Source of the DNA: Thermoanaerobaculia bacterium
Lineage (GTDB): Bacteria > Acidobacteriota > Thermoanaerobaculia > Multivoradales > JAGPDF01
Assembly: GCA_017998715.1 (NCBI GenBank)
Contig: JAGOCP010000001.1
Span: forward strand, 31,900 to 87,240
Length of the DNA stretch: 55,341 nucleotides
Reading direction: 5' to 3'
Below, one piece after another: positions 54,801 through 55,341 of the stretch. Position 1 is the first letter of the stretch. Each line of letters opens with the position of its first letter. Both the position numbers and the translations under genes were made by a program. A model generated the notes under the pieces. That model did no database searches. It saw only the letters and a program-made list of their open reading frames with translations, and had not been told where the DNA came from.

Positions 54801-55341
54801 ATGATGGCGCCTGAGAATCCCCTGAGCCACGTGATTCAGCACCCTCTGAAGGAGATCCCTGCCGACCTCGGGATGCTTACTCCCAAGGGCGTCATCACCG
54901 TCCTCTCCGACCAGATCGTCATGATGATCGTCGCCGGCTTCCTCCTGACCCTCCTGGTGCCGATCCTGGTGCGACGCCGCGCCGGCACGGACGCGGTCGG
55001 CCGCCTGGTTCCCACCGGTTTCGCGAACTTCTTCGAGACCGTCTGCGAGTACCTGCGCAAGGAGATCGCCGAGCCCGTGCTGGGCGTCCACACCGATCGG
55101 TTCATCCGCTACGTCTGGAGCGCGTTCTTTTTCGTCCTCACCGTCAACCTGCTGGGCCTTCTGCCGATCGCGCCCGTGACCGCCCTGTTCGGTACGCACC
55201 TGGGCGGCACCGCTACCGGCAACATCTGGGTGACCGGAACGCTGGCGGTCATGACCCTGGTGATGATGGTCGTCAACGGCCTGCGCTACGGCGGCATGAG
55301 CTACATCAAGCACTTCTGCCCCGGACCGCTCTGGCTCGCGC
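54801..55341 (+). CDS. atpB: F0F1 ATP synthase subunit a; the 3' end runs off the right window edge
   Basis: Absent from the track because there is no stop in the window. ATG ATG at 54801 reads MMAPENPLSHVIQHPL...GFANFFETVCEYLRKEIAEPVLG...FFFVLTVNLLGLLP...YIKHFCPGPLWLA, the typical subunit-a N-terminal two thirds. Confidence 0.88.
   Translation, partial: MMAPENPLSHVIQHPLKEIPADLGMLTPKGVITVLSDQIVMMIVAGFLLTLLVPILVRRRAGTDAVGRLVPTGFANFFETVCEYLRKEIAEPVLGVHTDRFIRYVWSAFFFVLTVNLLGLLPIAPVTALFGTHLGGTATGNIWVTGTLAVMTLVMMVVNGLRYGGMSYIKHFCPGPLWLA

Overview
The window is 55.3 kb, very GC-rich (about 70% by eye, not computed) and gene-dense. It comes from a diderm bacterium: BamD, an OmpA C-terminal domain, a TonB C-terminal domain, YbgF/CpoB, TatA and a lytic transglycosylase are all present. 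The lineage cannot be fixed from the sequence alone; the protein repertoire (ELWxxDGT and CSLREA proteins, DUF4388, a eukaryote-like kinase) is reminiscent of Acidobacteriota or Myxococcota-type genomes, which is inference only.

I call 53 protein genes. Two are absent from the ORF track: a partial GT4 glycosyltransferase at the left edge and a 57-aa tatA. I found no rRNA, tRNA, CRISPR array, transposase, integrase, or recognisable defence or toxin-antitoxin module.

From 16.8 kb to 55.3 kb the window is core housekeeping:
- thiO-like gene and uvrD/pcrA
- truA-uppS-cdsA-dxr-rseP, then nfo
- a PASTA-rpe-bamD-ybgF-LysM block
- tatA, rlmN, pgeF, gatB, ftsEX, ruvC
- accD-folC
- DAHP synthase-glyA-rpiB, and an acyl-CoA carboxyltransferase
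- the start of the F-type ATP synthase operon (atpZ, atpI-like, atpB)

Many junctions are start/stop overlaps (ATGA, GTGA, TTGA). The left 16.7 kb looks accessory:
- two glycosyltransferases, a methyltransferase, a haem-binding protein, a ceramidase-like membrane protein and an orphan 523-aa membrane protein
- an M20 peptidase
- two giant secreted repeat proteins, one ELWxxDGT type and one CSLREA/beta-helix/Calx-beta type

I did not find a compelling multi-gene novel system. The observations most worth a second look are:
- The same roughly 19-residue C-terminal tag ends both giant secreted proteins.
- A pseudo-receiver/Ser-Thr kinase/TM/TonB-C fusion protein is followed by a tightly coupled 77-aa coiled-coil ORF.
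- The GNAT-truA intergenic region holds a 66-nt near-perfect hairpin, plus a dyad array of four GGGACA hexamers flanked by 10-bp direct repeats.
- Twin GGGGAC-N-GTCCCC palindromes sit at the nfo 5' end.
- A Lys/Ala-rich histone-H1-like small protein.

The many very long Arg/Ala/Gly-rich ORFs in the track are antisense or out-of-frame shadows typical of high-GC DNA, and I rejected them.
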